The notes under the pieces are model-generated. The model was not told the origin of the DNA and ran no database searches. It was given only the letters and a program-made list of their open reading frames with translations. A stretch of DNA of 64,000 bases. It comes from an uncultured Gammaproteobacteria bacterium (GTDB lineage Bacteria; Patescibacteriota; Microgenomatia; Woykebacterales; RBG-16-39-9b). Positions 1 to 9,008 of this stretch are shown here, one piece after another. The stretch is taken from positions 346,907-410,906 of the forward strand of contig CAYHXX010000001.1 in the NCBI GenBank assembly GCA_964360785.1, given 5' to 3'. The number at the start of each line of letters is the position of its first letter. The stretch's first letter is position 1. A program made the position numbers and the translations under genes.

Positions 1-22
1 TTTCTCCTCTGTCCTCAAAACG

Positions 23-1201
23 ATGAAATATTTCTTGCTGCGACTTACCATTTTCGTCTCTATAGCAACCAGTTTTTTCCTCAATCCACTGGCAGTTAAT
101 GTTGTCGAGGCCGACTACCTGAAGGTCACTTCACCTGCAGAAGTTACTCAAGATACGCAATTCGAAGTGGGTCTCCAAATAGCCGCCAAACCCGACACCA
201 AATACTATCTAAAAGGCAGACTTGGTCAAGCTTTAAACTCGCTAACAAAAGCCCAAACTTTTGATGAAAAAACGGGTGTCTGGCTCTCCGACACCGTCTC
301 TTGGGACCGCTTTCCAGAGTTTCAGACAGATTCTGATGGCCATTGGACAGGAAGACTAAAGATTCGTCCAAACCAGACGACTGCACTAGGAAAAAATTTA
401 TTGGTAATCAGAATTCGAAATAGTAGTGACAATTCAAACAAAGATTCCGAACCCTACCAAATCTCGGTTGTGGAAGCACCAAAAATCCCAGAACCACCAA
501 AAGTTGAAGCCAAAGGTGAACCGATTTTGAATGAGTTTATGTCTACACCCTCCGATGGTCAGGAGTGGGTCGAGATCAAAAACAAAGGCACCGGAAATAT
601 CGAACTTTCAGGCTGGCTCATTGACGATGAGGAAGGAAAATCCTCTCCCTTTGAAGTTCCCCAAGGAACAGTTGTCGCCCCAAACAGTTTTTACGTTGCT
701 TATTTCTCCTCGGCCAAACTCAATGATCTCACTGATTCTGTCCGTCTATTGAGAGCTGACAACTCGCTGGTCGAGGAATACCGTTACAATTCTCCAGAAA
801 AAGGCAAGAGTTTTGCAAAGAATAGTAGTGGTGCTTGGTTTCTAACAGACACACCAACACCTGGGACAGTCAACCCCAACCCTCTAGAGGCTGGTCCAAC
901 TCAAAGTACCCCAAACAAAACAAAGGTTCTGGCCGAACAAACCGAAGTTGTAGCTGAGGAGTCTTTATCCACATCGTTACCAAAACTAACAAACTCGACC
1001 GAGTCCGCCAAAGTTGCAACTGTGTCTGCAAGCTTTGGTAACAAAAAAACCAATGAAAACTTCTTGAACAAACTTCCGTTTGTCTTTGGCGGCTTATTAA
1101 TATTTGTGGCTTTGGGAATCTTGGGGAAAAACACTTATCTAAAACTCAAAGTTAAGAGTCCTCAGCTTGCCACAGATACTGAAGAGAAAACGTTAGAATA
1201 A
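23..1201 (+). CDS. Cell-surface protein with lamin-tail domain (LTD); N-terminal signal peptide and C-terminal TM anchor
   Basis: Hydrophobic N-terminus. Central segment EPILNEFMSTPSDGQEWVEIKN...LSGWLIDDEEG...FYVAYF matches the LTD consensus. C-terminal hydrophobic helix FVFGGLLIFVALGILG. Confidence 0.55.
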   Translation: MKYFLLRLTIFVSIATSFFLNPLAVNVVEADYLKVTSPAEVTQDTQFEVGLQIAAKPDTKYYLKGRLGQALNSLTKAQTFDEKTGVWLSDTVSWDRFPEFQTDSDGHWTGRLKIRPNQTTALGKNLLVIRIRNSSDNSNKDSEPYQISVVEAPKIPEPPKVEAKGEPILNEFMSTPSDGQEWVEIKNKGTGNIELSGWLIDDEEGKSSPFEVPQGTVVAPNSFYVAYFSSAKLNDLTDSVRLLRADNSLVEEYRYNSPEKGKSFAKNSSGAWFLTDTPTPGTVNPNPLEAGPTQSTPNKTKVLAEQTEVVAEESLSTSLPKLTNSTESAKVATVSASFGNKKTNENFLNKLPFVFGGLLIFVALGILGKNTYLKLKVKSPQLATDTEEKTLE

Positions 1202-1239
1202 AAAAAGCGGCCGCTCCGAAGAAACAACCGCCGTAGTCG

Positions 1240-2094
1240 TCACTGAGTGATGTAAACCCAATCACCTCTGACATTTTCTCCGCTTTCGTTAGAACCCAGT
1301 CGATAAGCTTTGATTGTCACAGGTGCACCGTTCCATCGATAGATTTGGCGTTCTAATCGATATAAACCATCTGGTCCTGGCAACTGACTGAAGCATATCT
1401 CAGATCCGTATGAATTTGGATTCCTACTGTACTCCATATCTGTTTGACCGTTGGGAAGGTCTACTAAGAGTTCCGGCCAAACTCTACCTGGAGGTTGCTC
1501 GATCAGTACCGTGGTACAAAACGCGCCTTCGTCCAGCTCTGGCCTCAAGTTTGGTATACGGACAGTGATTTTATTCACTTGTGCATATGCCAGTTGGTTC
1601 TCGACACTTTGTCTCTCACTACTTTCCTCGAACCCGGTAAACAAATCGCTCTTCACCTCCCAATCACCGTCTCCGCTAAGGAAAAGGTCGTAACTGATCT
1701 GTATTTCTCCTGGGCAAATAGAGGCACACGATTCCGAGTAACCCACAACCCTACCTTTAGCAGTTCTTCCCGTGTTATCGCTGATTTCAACTCTTAATGG
1801 CTGAAAATCGATTTCCTTGATATCCTCAGCATATTCACAGGCCTCAACTACCGCCGCCTCTTCTGGTGTCTCCCGTATGTAATTTGTCACGTAATCTCTT
1901 GGAGTGAGACAGCGCAACGCGCCCTCTACTTGACCGTTTTCTTCAGCATTCTGTTGGTTACTTACAGTAGCTGTGTTGCTTGACTCGGTACCAGCGTTGT
2001 CCTTCGTTGAACTATCTTCAGAACACGCCACGGCCGCTGCTCCTGCGAGTAGTAGGACCAGAAGTAGCCTACTCATGAGTCTCCTCCTTTTCAA
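1240..2094 (-). CDS. Putative secreted lipoprotein (GC-rich gene)
   Basis: Signal peptide MKRRRLMSRLLLVLLLAGAAAVAC with lipobox Cys. Local GC is clearly above the flanks. Confidence 0.5.
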   Translation of the reverse strand: MKRRRLMSRLLLVLLLAGAAAVACSEDSSTKDNAGTESSNTATVSNQQNAEENGQVEGALRCLTPRDYVTNYIRETPEEAAVVEACEYAEDIKEIDFQPLRVEISDNTGRTAKGRVVGYSESCASICPGEIQISYDLFLSGDGDWEVKSDLFTGFEESSERQSVENQLAYAQVNKITVRIPNLRPELDEGAFCTTVLIEQPPGRVWPELLVDLPNGQTDMEYSRNPNSYGSEICFSQLPGPDGLYRLERQIYRWNGAPVTIKAYRLGSNESGENVRGDWVYITQ

Positions 2095-2137
2095 GAGACC
2101 TCAAACCTAATTTGAAGTATAGCATAGCAGCAAAAAT

Positions 2138-2572
2138 TTGCTAGAATTAGTTCATATGTTAAGCAAAAGTGATAGTGAAACCAAAGAATATGCTAGAAAT
2201 CTAGTCAGGGATCTGAAAGGACCAACTGTCCTTGCGTTGGATGGAGAGCTTGGAGCCGGCAAGACTACTTTTGTTCAGGGGTTAGCCGAAGAGTTGGGAA
2301 TTGAAAAAAGAGTACTGTCGCCAACTTTCGTTTTTCTCCGCAGTTACAATTTGGAAAATCCGAAGTTCAAGAAATTTCATCACTTTGACCTTTACCGGTG
2401 CAGGAGTTTGGCAGATGTCAAAAGTATTGGCTTTGAGGAAGTGCTTGGAGAAGAAGGTTCTTTGGTTGTGATCGAATGGCCAGAAGTAGCCCGAGTTTTA
2501 CTTCCAAAAAACACAAGATGGATCAAGATTAGAAAAGTAGGGGAAAACGAACGGGAAATTGAGGTTAGTTAA
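2138..2572 (+). CDS. tsaE: tRNA threonylcarbamoyladenosine biosynthesis ATPase TsaE (YjeE)
   Basis: P-loop GELGAGKTT, SPTFVF motif and about 145 aa length typical of TsaE. Confidence 0.75.
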   Translation: MLELVHMLSKSDSETKEYARNLVRDLKGPTVLALDGELGAGKTTFVQGLAEELGIEKRVLSPTFVFLRSYNLENPKFKKFHHFDLYRCRSLADVKSIGFEEVLGEEGSLVVIEWPEVARVLLPKNTRWIKIRKVGENEREIEVS

Positions 2573-3701
2573 ATCTTCTTTCCAGATAATCGACCGCTGC
2601 CAGCAAATAATCTGATCCTTCGGATGAGAGTTTGACCCCCGAAAGTGCCTGGCGAGACTGTTCTAGAAGCCTCATACTCAGTTTAATACAGTAATCATAT
2701 GCCCCTGTAGCTTTCATTATTTTTCCTACTTGGTCAATTTCTTCTTTCGAGGACTGCTTGTTGCCGACAACTTTTGTTAGCAACTTTTTTTGACGAGTAT
2801 TTGCTCTCTCCAAAGCCTTTGCTAGCAGGAGAGTCTTTTTCCCTTCTTTGATATCACTATCGTTTGGCTTACCAATTTCATCTTCGCTTCCAAAAGTTCC
2901 GACAATATCATCTTGCATCTGGAAAGCTTGGCCGAAAGGAATACCGTAAGCTGTAAAGGTCTCGAGAACTTTATAATCAGCACCGGCGAGCATCGCGCCA
3001 ATGTGCAGTGGGCGCTCCACCGTATATTTTGCAGTTTTGTACTCGAGAATCTGCAAAACTTCATCCTCCGTCAAGGATTTTTTATAGCCTCCCAAAACAT
3101 CCAAATACTCACCATAGATAACTTGGGTTTTCATCTGGTCAAAAAAATACCGCGCTCGACGCAGTCTTTCCTGGGGAAAGGGAGCAGAGGTGAGCACTTC
3201 CTCGGCAAAACTTAGGGCCAGGTCCCCTGCTAGTATCGCAGACGACAAACCGTATTCTTTTGGATTTCCCTGTAATTTTCTTTGTTGGTGGGTTTTCTCA
3301 AATTGTTTGTGAGTCGTGAGTTGGTTTCTCCGCAGGTCAGAATTGTCAATAATATCATCATGCATCAAGGCAAAGACATGGAGTAGCTCCACTGCCATGC
3401 AGGCGTAGAGAATACTGTCATGGGCCCGACCACCAGAAGCTACATAACCAGAGTAAACAAAGGCTGGCCGGACTCTTTTTCCACCGTTGAGAGAAAAGCG
3501 AATGATTTCATCGACCAAAGCTGCAGCCTCTGGATTTATTTCAGTGGCTTCTTTCTTTTTTTCTTCGAGAAAGAGGAGCAGTTGTTGGTCAAACTCTTGT
3601 CGGAACCACTCAAGATAGTTTTCAGCATCTAGTCGTTCTTTGTTTTGAAATTCGCTGCCGAAACCAGAAACAAAAGGCTGTAAATTTGGAATTTCTTTCA
3701 T
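2565..3701 (-). CDS. Polyprenyl (geranylgeranyl/farnesyl) diphosphate synthase
   Basis: Two aspartate-rich motifs: LMHDDIIDNSDLRR (FARM) and FQMQDDIVGTFG (SARM). Confidence 0.8.
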   Translation of the reverse strand: MKEIPNLQPFVSGFGSEFQNKERLDAENYLEWFRQEFDQQLLLFLEEKKKEATEINPEAAALVDEIIRFSLNGGKRVRPAFVYSGYVASGGRAHDSILYACMAVELLHVFALMHDDIIDNSDLRRNQLTTHKQFEKTHQQRKLQGNPKEYGLSSAILAGDLALSFAEEVLTSAPFPQERLRRARYFFDQMKTQVIYGEYLDVLGGYKKSLTEDEVLQILEYKTAKYTVERPLHIGAMLAGADYKVLETFTAYGIPFGQAFQMQDDIVGTFGSEDEIGKPNDSDIKEGKKTLLLAKALERANTRQKKLLTKVVGNKQSSKEEIDQVGKIMKATGAYDYCIKLSMRLLEQSRQALSGVKLSSEGSDYLLAAVDYLERRFN

Positions 3702-3757
3702 ATTACTAAGGAGAAACTATAGTCTTTTTTACTCCTATTTTCAAGAAATCGGTTTGT

Positions 3758-4126
3758 CTAGAAACGATAAATACCCCACTTACCCGTAATTTCTTCCTCA
3801 GCAAGTATTTCAACTTCCAAACCAAGATTCCTTAATATTTCGACAATTGTCTCTGTAGAACAATTCGTTTTACAGAGAACTACGAGCTGGTTCAAGTACA
3901 ATTCCTGAATTCCAATACAAGAAAAATTACGTCCAAACTCTTTTGTTAAGGCTCCCCAAACTGGGCCAAATAGATACTCTTCTAAAGTTTGTGGGTTCTT
4001 TTTCTTTACCCTAGCCGCATCTTGCTCGGAGTTGACAATGCCCCGAGGATAAGAATCGATCTTTAACTGAATTCTCTTTAATTTTTGGTTTTTGAAGACC
4101 AAACTATAGTCAAAAAAAGTTTCCAT
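3758..4126 (-). CDS. Hypothetical protein
   Basis: ORF with host-like composition and no recognisable motif. Confidence 0.35.
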   Translation of the reverse strand: METFFDYSLVFKNQKLKRIQLKIDSYPRGIVNSEQDAARVKKKNPQTLEEYLFGPVWGALTKEFGRNFSCIGIQELYLNQLVVLCKTNCSTETIVEILRNLGLEVEILAEEEITGKWGIYRF

Positions 4127-4165
4127 TGTTTTGATCCATAAAATAATGAGGTCAACGACAAAACC

Positions 4166-4525
4166 CTATGGTCCGGTCACAAAACCGAACAAAGTAGTTC
4201 TCAATTCTCCTAATAATTGGTTTGCACGCACAGAAAAGCCAGCTTTTTCAACTGCCTTCACTACTTGCTCAATTGTGTGAGGTGCTTCACCGTCTCGAGA
4301 GTCTTTCGTCGACGCATTTCTTTCAACTATTCCAACTGTAAAAAAATCTTTATCCCAAGAATAAACATGGTAGGCGATGCGAAAGGTGCAAAGCAAGTCC
4401 TCAAGCGCCATGTTTTTCTCGCGGTTCGCAAGTGGAACTTTCTCAATCGTTACTTGATAAACCCTAATCCCTGTTTTTCTGGAAAAAAGAAATTCTTTTA
4501 TTTTCTGAAGAATTTTACTTTTCAT
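4166..4525 (-). CDS. Hypothetical protein
   Basis: ORF co-oriented with 3758..4126 and no recognisable motif. Confidence 0.35.
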   Translation of the reverse strand: MKSKILQKIKEFLFSRKTGIRVYQVTIEKVPLANREKNMALEDLLCTFRIAYHVYSWDKDFFTVGIVERNASTKDSRDGEAPHTIEQVVKAVEKAGFSVRANQLLGELRTTLFGFVTGP

Positions 4526-4544
4526 GTTTCTTGTTTAGCACACT

Positions 4545-4592
4545 ATTAATAATATTGGAAGGCCGCTGCGCTCTTTAAAGCAAACAGCGGCC
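4545..4592 (-). terminator. Putative intrinsic terminator after the 4628..5437 gene
   Basis: 8-bp stem GGCCGCTG/CAGCGGCC with a 16-nt loop, followed on the minus strand by TTCCAATATTATT. Confidence 0.35.
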
Positions 4593-4627
4593 TAAGGCAG
4601 ACAGAACCTCTCAACCTCCTTTCTAAA

Positions 4628-5437
4628 TCAGGGTGGTGGCGGAACGGCGGGTATTGCGGTCAGAGCAGCGATCACCAAGACAACCGCGGTGGCCGTGATG
4701 GGCCAAGAAAGGCCATCAAGGTACCATGGCAACCCTGCTTGAACACCCGAATTGACCGCATGCGCCATTGACCAGAAATCGATCTTTGGCACGCACACAC
4801 AGTAGTTCCAGTTTGTTCTGGACTCCCAAATGCCGAAGCATTGGCGTCCCGGTTCGTACCAGCTGGCAATGTGTATGCCAACGTAGACCACGTTCTTTCC
4901 GTATTCGGTGACACGGAAGTCAGCGTGGTTTACATCTCGATTGATACAACCACGAACAGTCCCGTAGTGGGTGCCACCACTCACTGACAATGGCCAAACG
5001 CCAAACTGCCAGGCTTCACTTTCGGAAGTACCTCCTGGCAGAAAATCACTCTTTGGCTGCGCACCAAGGAAGATTTTGGCATCATAGCCCGGGTTGTCAG
5101 TGAAGATCTTGGTGTACCGCTCGATTGAGTCGGTAATCCAAGATGGCTGATCGCTCTCCTGGTGATGAGGCTGTTCGAAACCTATAGCTGGTGGTCGATT
5201 AAGACCACTAAGATCCACTTCCTCCTTCAGGCCACCCACTTCACTCGGCTGAGACCTTGTGTACAATCCGGTGTCGCGGTTCAGCACATAGGCCTCATCG
5301 AAACCCGAAAAATCCACTCCCTCATCAAGGAAATGGTTGAGGACATCTGGTACATGGCTGCTTGCCAAGGCAAACGTACCTGCACCAAATCCCGCTGCGG
5401 ACAGTTGGAGCATTCTTCTCCGTGATATCCTGTCCAA
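4628..5437 (-). CDS. Tat-signal secreted protein with C-terminal TM anchor (GC-rich gene)
   Basis: N-terminal twin-arginine motif SRRRMLQLSAAGFGAG. C-terminal hydrophobic segment ending PPPP. GC above flanks. Confidence 0.45.
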   Translation of the reverse strand: MDRISRRRMLQLSAAGFGAGTFALASSHVPDVLNHFLDEGVDFSGFDEAYVLNRDTGLYTRSQPSEVGGLKEEVDLSGLNRPPAIGFEQPHHQESDQPSWITDSIERYTKIFTDNPGYDAKIFLGAQPKSDFLPGGTSESEAWQFGVWPLSVSGGTHYGTVRGCINRDVNHADFRVTEYGKNVVYVGIHIASWYEPGRQCFGIWESRTNWNYCVCVPKIDFWSMAHAVNSGVQAGLPWYLDGLSWPITATAVVLVIAALTAIPAVPPPP

Positions 5438-5527
5438 GAGATAACCTCCGTTACTGACTAGACACCAACCGACAGAGCGCCCTTTCCTCTCCTTTCTTCT
5501 ACTAACCCGCTTTAAAGAAGATAATAA

Positions 5528-5767
5528 TCAAATGTTAAGTACTCTCTCGTTATCAACTCTCAAAATTTTCACTCTTACCAACTGCTTGCTTGAATTCAAA
5601 AATTCCACATCTTCACCTTGATTTCTCCCTAATATTGCCTTACCGACTGGAGAGCTAACAGAAATTTCATTTAACTGCTTATTCGGAGAAGATGATGATA
5701 GAAAGTAAAACCCGTCACCGTCTTCAAACTGAAGATGAACTTTACAACTAAGCTCAACTGTTTTCAT
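5528..5767 (-). CDS. GreA/GreB C-terminal (FKBP-like) domain-only protein
   Basis: SPVGKAILGRNQGEDVEF resembles the GreA C-terminal domain motif SPVGKALLGKKVGDEV. It lacks the coiled-coil N-domain. Confidence 0.4.
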   Translation of the reverse strand: MKTVELSCKVHLQFEDGDGFYFLSSSSPNKQLNEISVSSPVGKAILGRNQGEDVEFLNSSKQLVRVKILRVDNERVLNI

Positions 5768-5874
5768 TGTGGGAATTTTATAGGTAGAAGTTGCCCTAGA
5801 TCAGTCCTAGAAGAGTATCTAGGAGGTTCTTTTTAATAAATAATTATTTGTAGTGTTTTCGAGATAGGAAAATT

Positions 5875-6102
5875 TTATGTTTTAAGTAACTGATTATATT
5901 CATCAATGGAGATTTCCGCCTGGCGGAGGATTGCACGTTGGGTACCAGATGGTAAATCACGTGGATGTATTGGTACTGAAATCGGCCGTCGAATACCTTT
6001 TTTGAATAAGATTAGGTGGGAGCCGGTTTGTTTCCGAACTATAAAATCCTTTTTCTCAAGGATTTTAACTAATTCTTTTGGTTTAATCGGAATTAATCTC
6101 AT
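5875..6102 (-). CDS. hicA: Type II toxin HicA
   Basis: About 75 aa, YcfA/HicA-like with GSH motif (RKQTGSHLIL). Directly downstream of the HicB gene. Confidence 0.7.
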   Translation of the reverse strand: MRLIPIKPKELVKILEKKDFIVRKQTGSHLILFKKGIRRPISVPIHPRDLPSGTQRAILRQAEISIDEYNQLLKT

Positions 6103-6356
6103 TAGTGGAGGACAAGAACCGCTGTTTCAACTTCCTTTGGAACGTCAATTCCCTCTTCACGGGCAACTTCTACCCAACCCGTCATCGCATCCATAACATT
6201 CTTCAATGATTCATCGATAGTTTTTCCAAAGGAAACACAGCCAGGAAGTGTCGGTACCGTTATAGTAAAACCACCTTCTTCTTCTGGCTCAAGTTCGAAA
6301 ACTATTCCATTCTTAATAACTTGAAACTTTTCCATTTGCAATGATTCTAGCACCAT
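6102..6356 (-). CDS. hicB: Type II antitoxin HicB (UPF0150)
   Basis: FTITVPTLPGCVSFGKTIDESL is the classic HicB N-terminal fold motif. Overlaps hicA by 1 nt. Confidence 0.7.
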   Translation of the reverse strand: MVLESLQMEKFQVIKNGIVFELEPEEEGGFTITVPTLPGCVSFGKTIDESLKNVMDAMTGWVEVAREEGIDVPKEVETAVLVLH

Positions 6357-6389
6357 GATTTGTTGGAGTAAAGTTTGGATATACCCAAA

Positions 6390-7787
6390 TTAACTTTTGT
6401 AATGCTTTTCGAGGTAGGAAATCCTCCATGCGAGATCGTGAATCGCTTCTTTCTTTAGGGAAATAAAGGCGCTACGAGACGTGGCTTGATAGTCAGTCGG
6501 AAATTGGATGGCAAAACGTGGCTTCTGACCATCCCCATTTTCAGCAATTCCCAGTGGGTACTCCTCAAAACCCAAATCCCAAAGAATCTGCCCTTCTTCT
6601 GTTTGGTTAGCAATCATTTTCAGAATATTGTACTTTAATGTTGCTTTAGTCCGAATATTTTCGTCTGGTTTAAAATACTCAATTGAGTCTTTAATTAAGT
6701 CGCGAAGTTTATCAAGGCTTGGTTTTGGATTGGAAATGGTAACCGATTTTAGCCGCATTAATGTACTTGTCTCCAACCTTTCCGGCCGCTGTAGGTTTCG
6801 TAAAGCAATATTCACTTCTTCATCGGTAACCCGAGGGAAACTAATCTCCCCTTGGAAGATATTTCTGACAAAACTCATTATCCAATCGTATGTTGTATGT
6901 GTTAATAAAACTAAAATAATGAAAACTGACAAGAGAATTAAATTCTTTACGCCAAAGTTTACTTGGAATGAAAGTAAGGATCCCAGATAAACTAAGACGA
7001 TAATCGCTACCGTAAAAGTCGAGTAAAGAAATTCTTTTCCTAGACTAGTTTTTGCCCCGTCCAAGAAAAGCCGGTTGAAAAATACACTGGCCGCAAGCGA
7101 TACTATTGCCAAAGAAATAATCACTTCTCCTGCTTCTTTAATTAACTTAATCGGACCAACAACAAAGGTAGAAACGATGAGTATGACTCCAAGGGAAAAG
7201 ACCAGCGAAGTCACTAGTGGGAAAAGGTATTTTAATTTTCCTTCATCTCCACTCCTTGCTTTTTTGTAAAGCTCAAAAAGATTGCGGCTGGTTAAAAAGA
7301 AGTAACTTAGGACAAAACCAATAGCGGGAAAGAATAGCGGCCCTTTGGCGTAAATATATTTGAAGCGACTAACCGGATAAATCACTTTATCGTAATTGAG
7401 CACAAGATCTGTCTTGAGCTCCAAAAAACTAAAGAACAAGGCGAGCAAATAGCCAAGGAGGACAAGCAATTTCCATTTCTTCTGGTCATTTTTCTTTAAC
7501 ATTAGAACCGACACCTGCAACCATATCGCAGCAGGTAGGTAAATTGTAAAAGCGTTAAGCCGAAAAATAGTTCTGAATTCCTCTAGAGAATTGCTACTAA
7601 ATAAAAAGGCACCGGAAAGTAGGTAAATTGACAAACAAAAAAGTAGACTCGCGCCTACTCTGGAAAGTGTGTTAAAGGGGTTGGAAGTTAGAACAAAAAT
7701 TCCAACCCAAAAAAGGGCTGCAAAGGCAACTATGAAAATTAAAACCGCGGGATCTAACATTGCTCCTATTTTACACCCAAAAATCAA
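6390..7787 (-). CDS. Polytopic membrane protein with cytoplasmic C-terminal domain, hypothetical
   Basis: About 9 hydrophobic helices in the first 300 aa and a soluble C-terminal 160 aa. Confidence 0.5.
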   Translation of the reverse strand: MIFGCKIGAMLDPAVLIFIVAFAALFWVGIFVLTSNPFNTLSRVGASLLFCLSIYLLSGAFLFSSNSLEEFRTIFRLNAFTIYLPAAIWLQVSVLMLKKNDQKKWKLLVLLGYLLALFFSFLELKTDLVLNYDKVIYPVSRFKYIYAKGPLFFPAIGFVLSYFFLTSRNLFELYKKARSGDEGKLKYLFPLVTSLVFSLGVILIVSTFVVGPIKLIKEAGEVIISLAIVSLAASVFFNRLFLDGAKTSLGKEFLYSTFTVAIIVLVYLGSLLSFQVNFGVKNLILLSVFIILVLLTHTTYDWIMSFVRNIFQGEISFPRVTDEEVNIALRNLQRPERLETSTLMRLKSVTISNPKPSLDKLRDLIKDSIEYFKPDENIRTKATLKYNILKMIANQTEEGQILWDLGFEEYPLGIAENGDGQKPRFAIQFPTDYQATSRSAFISLKKEAIHDLAWRISYLEKHYKS

Positions 7788-7861
7788 TAAATTAGAACTA
7801 TTTTGGTAAATCTCTTATAATATAGGTAATAATTTGTTTCGCGTGATGTAAACCAGGATTT

Positions 7862-8359
7862 ATGAAAATTGTTGTTTGCTCTGGTAGCGGCACGGGTGAT
7901 ACCAAACTTTCTGCATTTGATAATGCCCTTAAAACTGCGGGGGTCTACAATTATAATCTGATCAAACTCTCTTCGGTTATCCCACCAAAAAGCGAGATAG
8001 TTATTGAAAAATATAAATCTCCTGAAAACGAATTTGGAGACCGCCTCTATGTTGTCTGTGCAGAAGAACGTACAGATCTCGTTGGCCGCAGCATCGCAGC
8101 TGGAATAGGTTGGTACCAATGGGAAGATGGTCGCGGAGTTTTTGCTGAACATCATGATATTATCGAAGCGCTTGATGAGAAGGAAGCTGAAAAAAATGTT
8201 TCAAAGAAGCTCGAAACAACTGTACGCAATCTGTGCGAGCATCGAAACATTCCTTTCAAACGCAGCAAAATGGGAATGCTTGTCTCCTCAAAAGAAGTCC
8301 GAACCAAACCCACGTGTACTCTTGTTATTGCAGTTTATAAGTCTGTCCCCTGGTCCTAG
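7862..8359 (+). CDS. pdaD: Pyruvoyl-dependent arginine decarboxylase PdaD
   Basis: LSAFDNALKTAGVYNYNLIKLSSVIPPKSEIV aligns with archaeal PdaD ([32 protein letters not shown]), including the Ser-Ser self-cleavage site. Confidence 0.85.
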   Translation: MKIVVCSGSGTGDTKLSAFDNALKTAGVYNYNLIKLSSVIPPKSEIVIEKYKSPENEFGDRLYVVCAEERTDLVGRSIAAGIGWYQWEDGRGVFAEHHDIIEALDEKEAEKNVSKKLETTVRNLCEHRNIPFKRSKMGMLVSSKEVRTKPTCTLVIAVYKSVPWS

Positions 8360-8389
8360 CTCACCCACAAGAACCCGTTATACTATAGG

Positions 8390-8418
8390 TTGATATATAC
8401 CTATTGTTATGGTAGAAT
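8390..8418 (+). promoter_or_regulatory. Sigma70-like promoter TTGATA-17-TAGAAT upstream of the GC-rich gene pair
   Basis: TTGATA at 8390-8395 and TAGAAT at 8413-8418. An AAGGAG RBS lies 6 nt before the GTG start at 8460. Confidence 0.45.
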
Positions 8419-8459
8419 GTAATAAACAACCAGTGGCATGAATTGCTAAGGAGTGTGCT

Positions 8460-8993
8460 GTGGCAACAGTAACGACGCAACGACGGGGTGGCTTGAGCCG
8501 AATACTCTTGGCCACCATCCTGGCAATTCCGGCCTTTGCTGGCGTTGTTTGGGATGAGGTTCTCCTCGCCGGGCCAATCATTTTCCTTGTGGAATGGCTT
8601 GGATTCTGGCTGGGATATTTCGTGTTCTGCACTTTCTGGGCAGGACTTGGTCTTCTCTTGCTCTTGGTTTGGCTTCGTGTCGAGCCCTGGGTGAGAAACC
8701 ACATCTTCGGTTCGAAGAAAAAGGAAGAGATAGTCACACAAGATGTACTTGAAAAACCAAAAAACTGGAGGGAACGAATCGCTCTTCGGCTGGCCAGAAT
8801 TGCCCAGATCTTGGGCGCGCTAGCGGCTGCAGTCCTTCTCGGACCTGTGTTCGGCTGGCCCGTCTTCAAGCTGCTGGGCTACAACCAGAAGCAGGTCTTG
8901 GGACTTACGATCGGTGCCTCGTACATTTTCGGGGCGATCTGGGTTCCGTTCTACGCAGGTATCTGGAGCTTTGGCTTCAGTAGACTCACCTAA
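8460..8993 (+). CDS. Membrane protein, hypothetical (GC-rich insert)
   Basis: GTG start with AAGGAG RBS. Multiple TM helices. GC about 55% against a host of about 40%. Confidence 0.45.
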   Translation: MATVTTQRRGGLSRILLATILAIPAFAGVVWDEVLLAGPIIFLVEWLGFWLGYFVFCTFWAGLGLLLLLVWLRVEPWVRNHIFGSKKKEEIVTQDVLEKPKNWRERIALRLARIAQILGALAAAVLLGPVFGWPVFKLLGYNQKQVLGLTIGASYIFGAIWVPFYAGIWSFGFSRLT

Positions 8994-9008
8994 GGAGGTG
9001 CACGGATC

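Noticed and set aside
1203-1219. GCGGCCGC palindrome between the first two genes as a terminator
   Set aside because: The stem cannot form a loop of adequate size, so it is a weak terminator candidate at best.
8361-8869. Two overlapping minus-strand ORFs (126 and 163 aa)
   Set aside because: They lie antisense within the GC-rich gene 8460..8993, whose plus-strand ORF has promoter and RBS. High GC suppresses stops in off frames.
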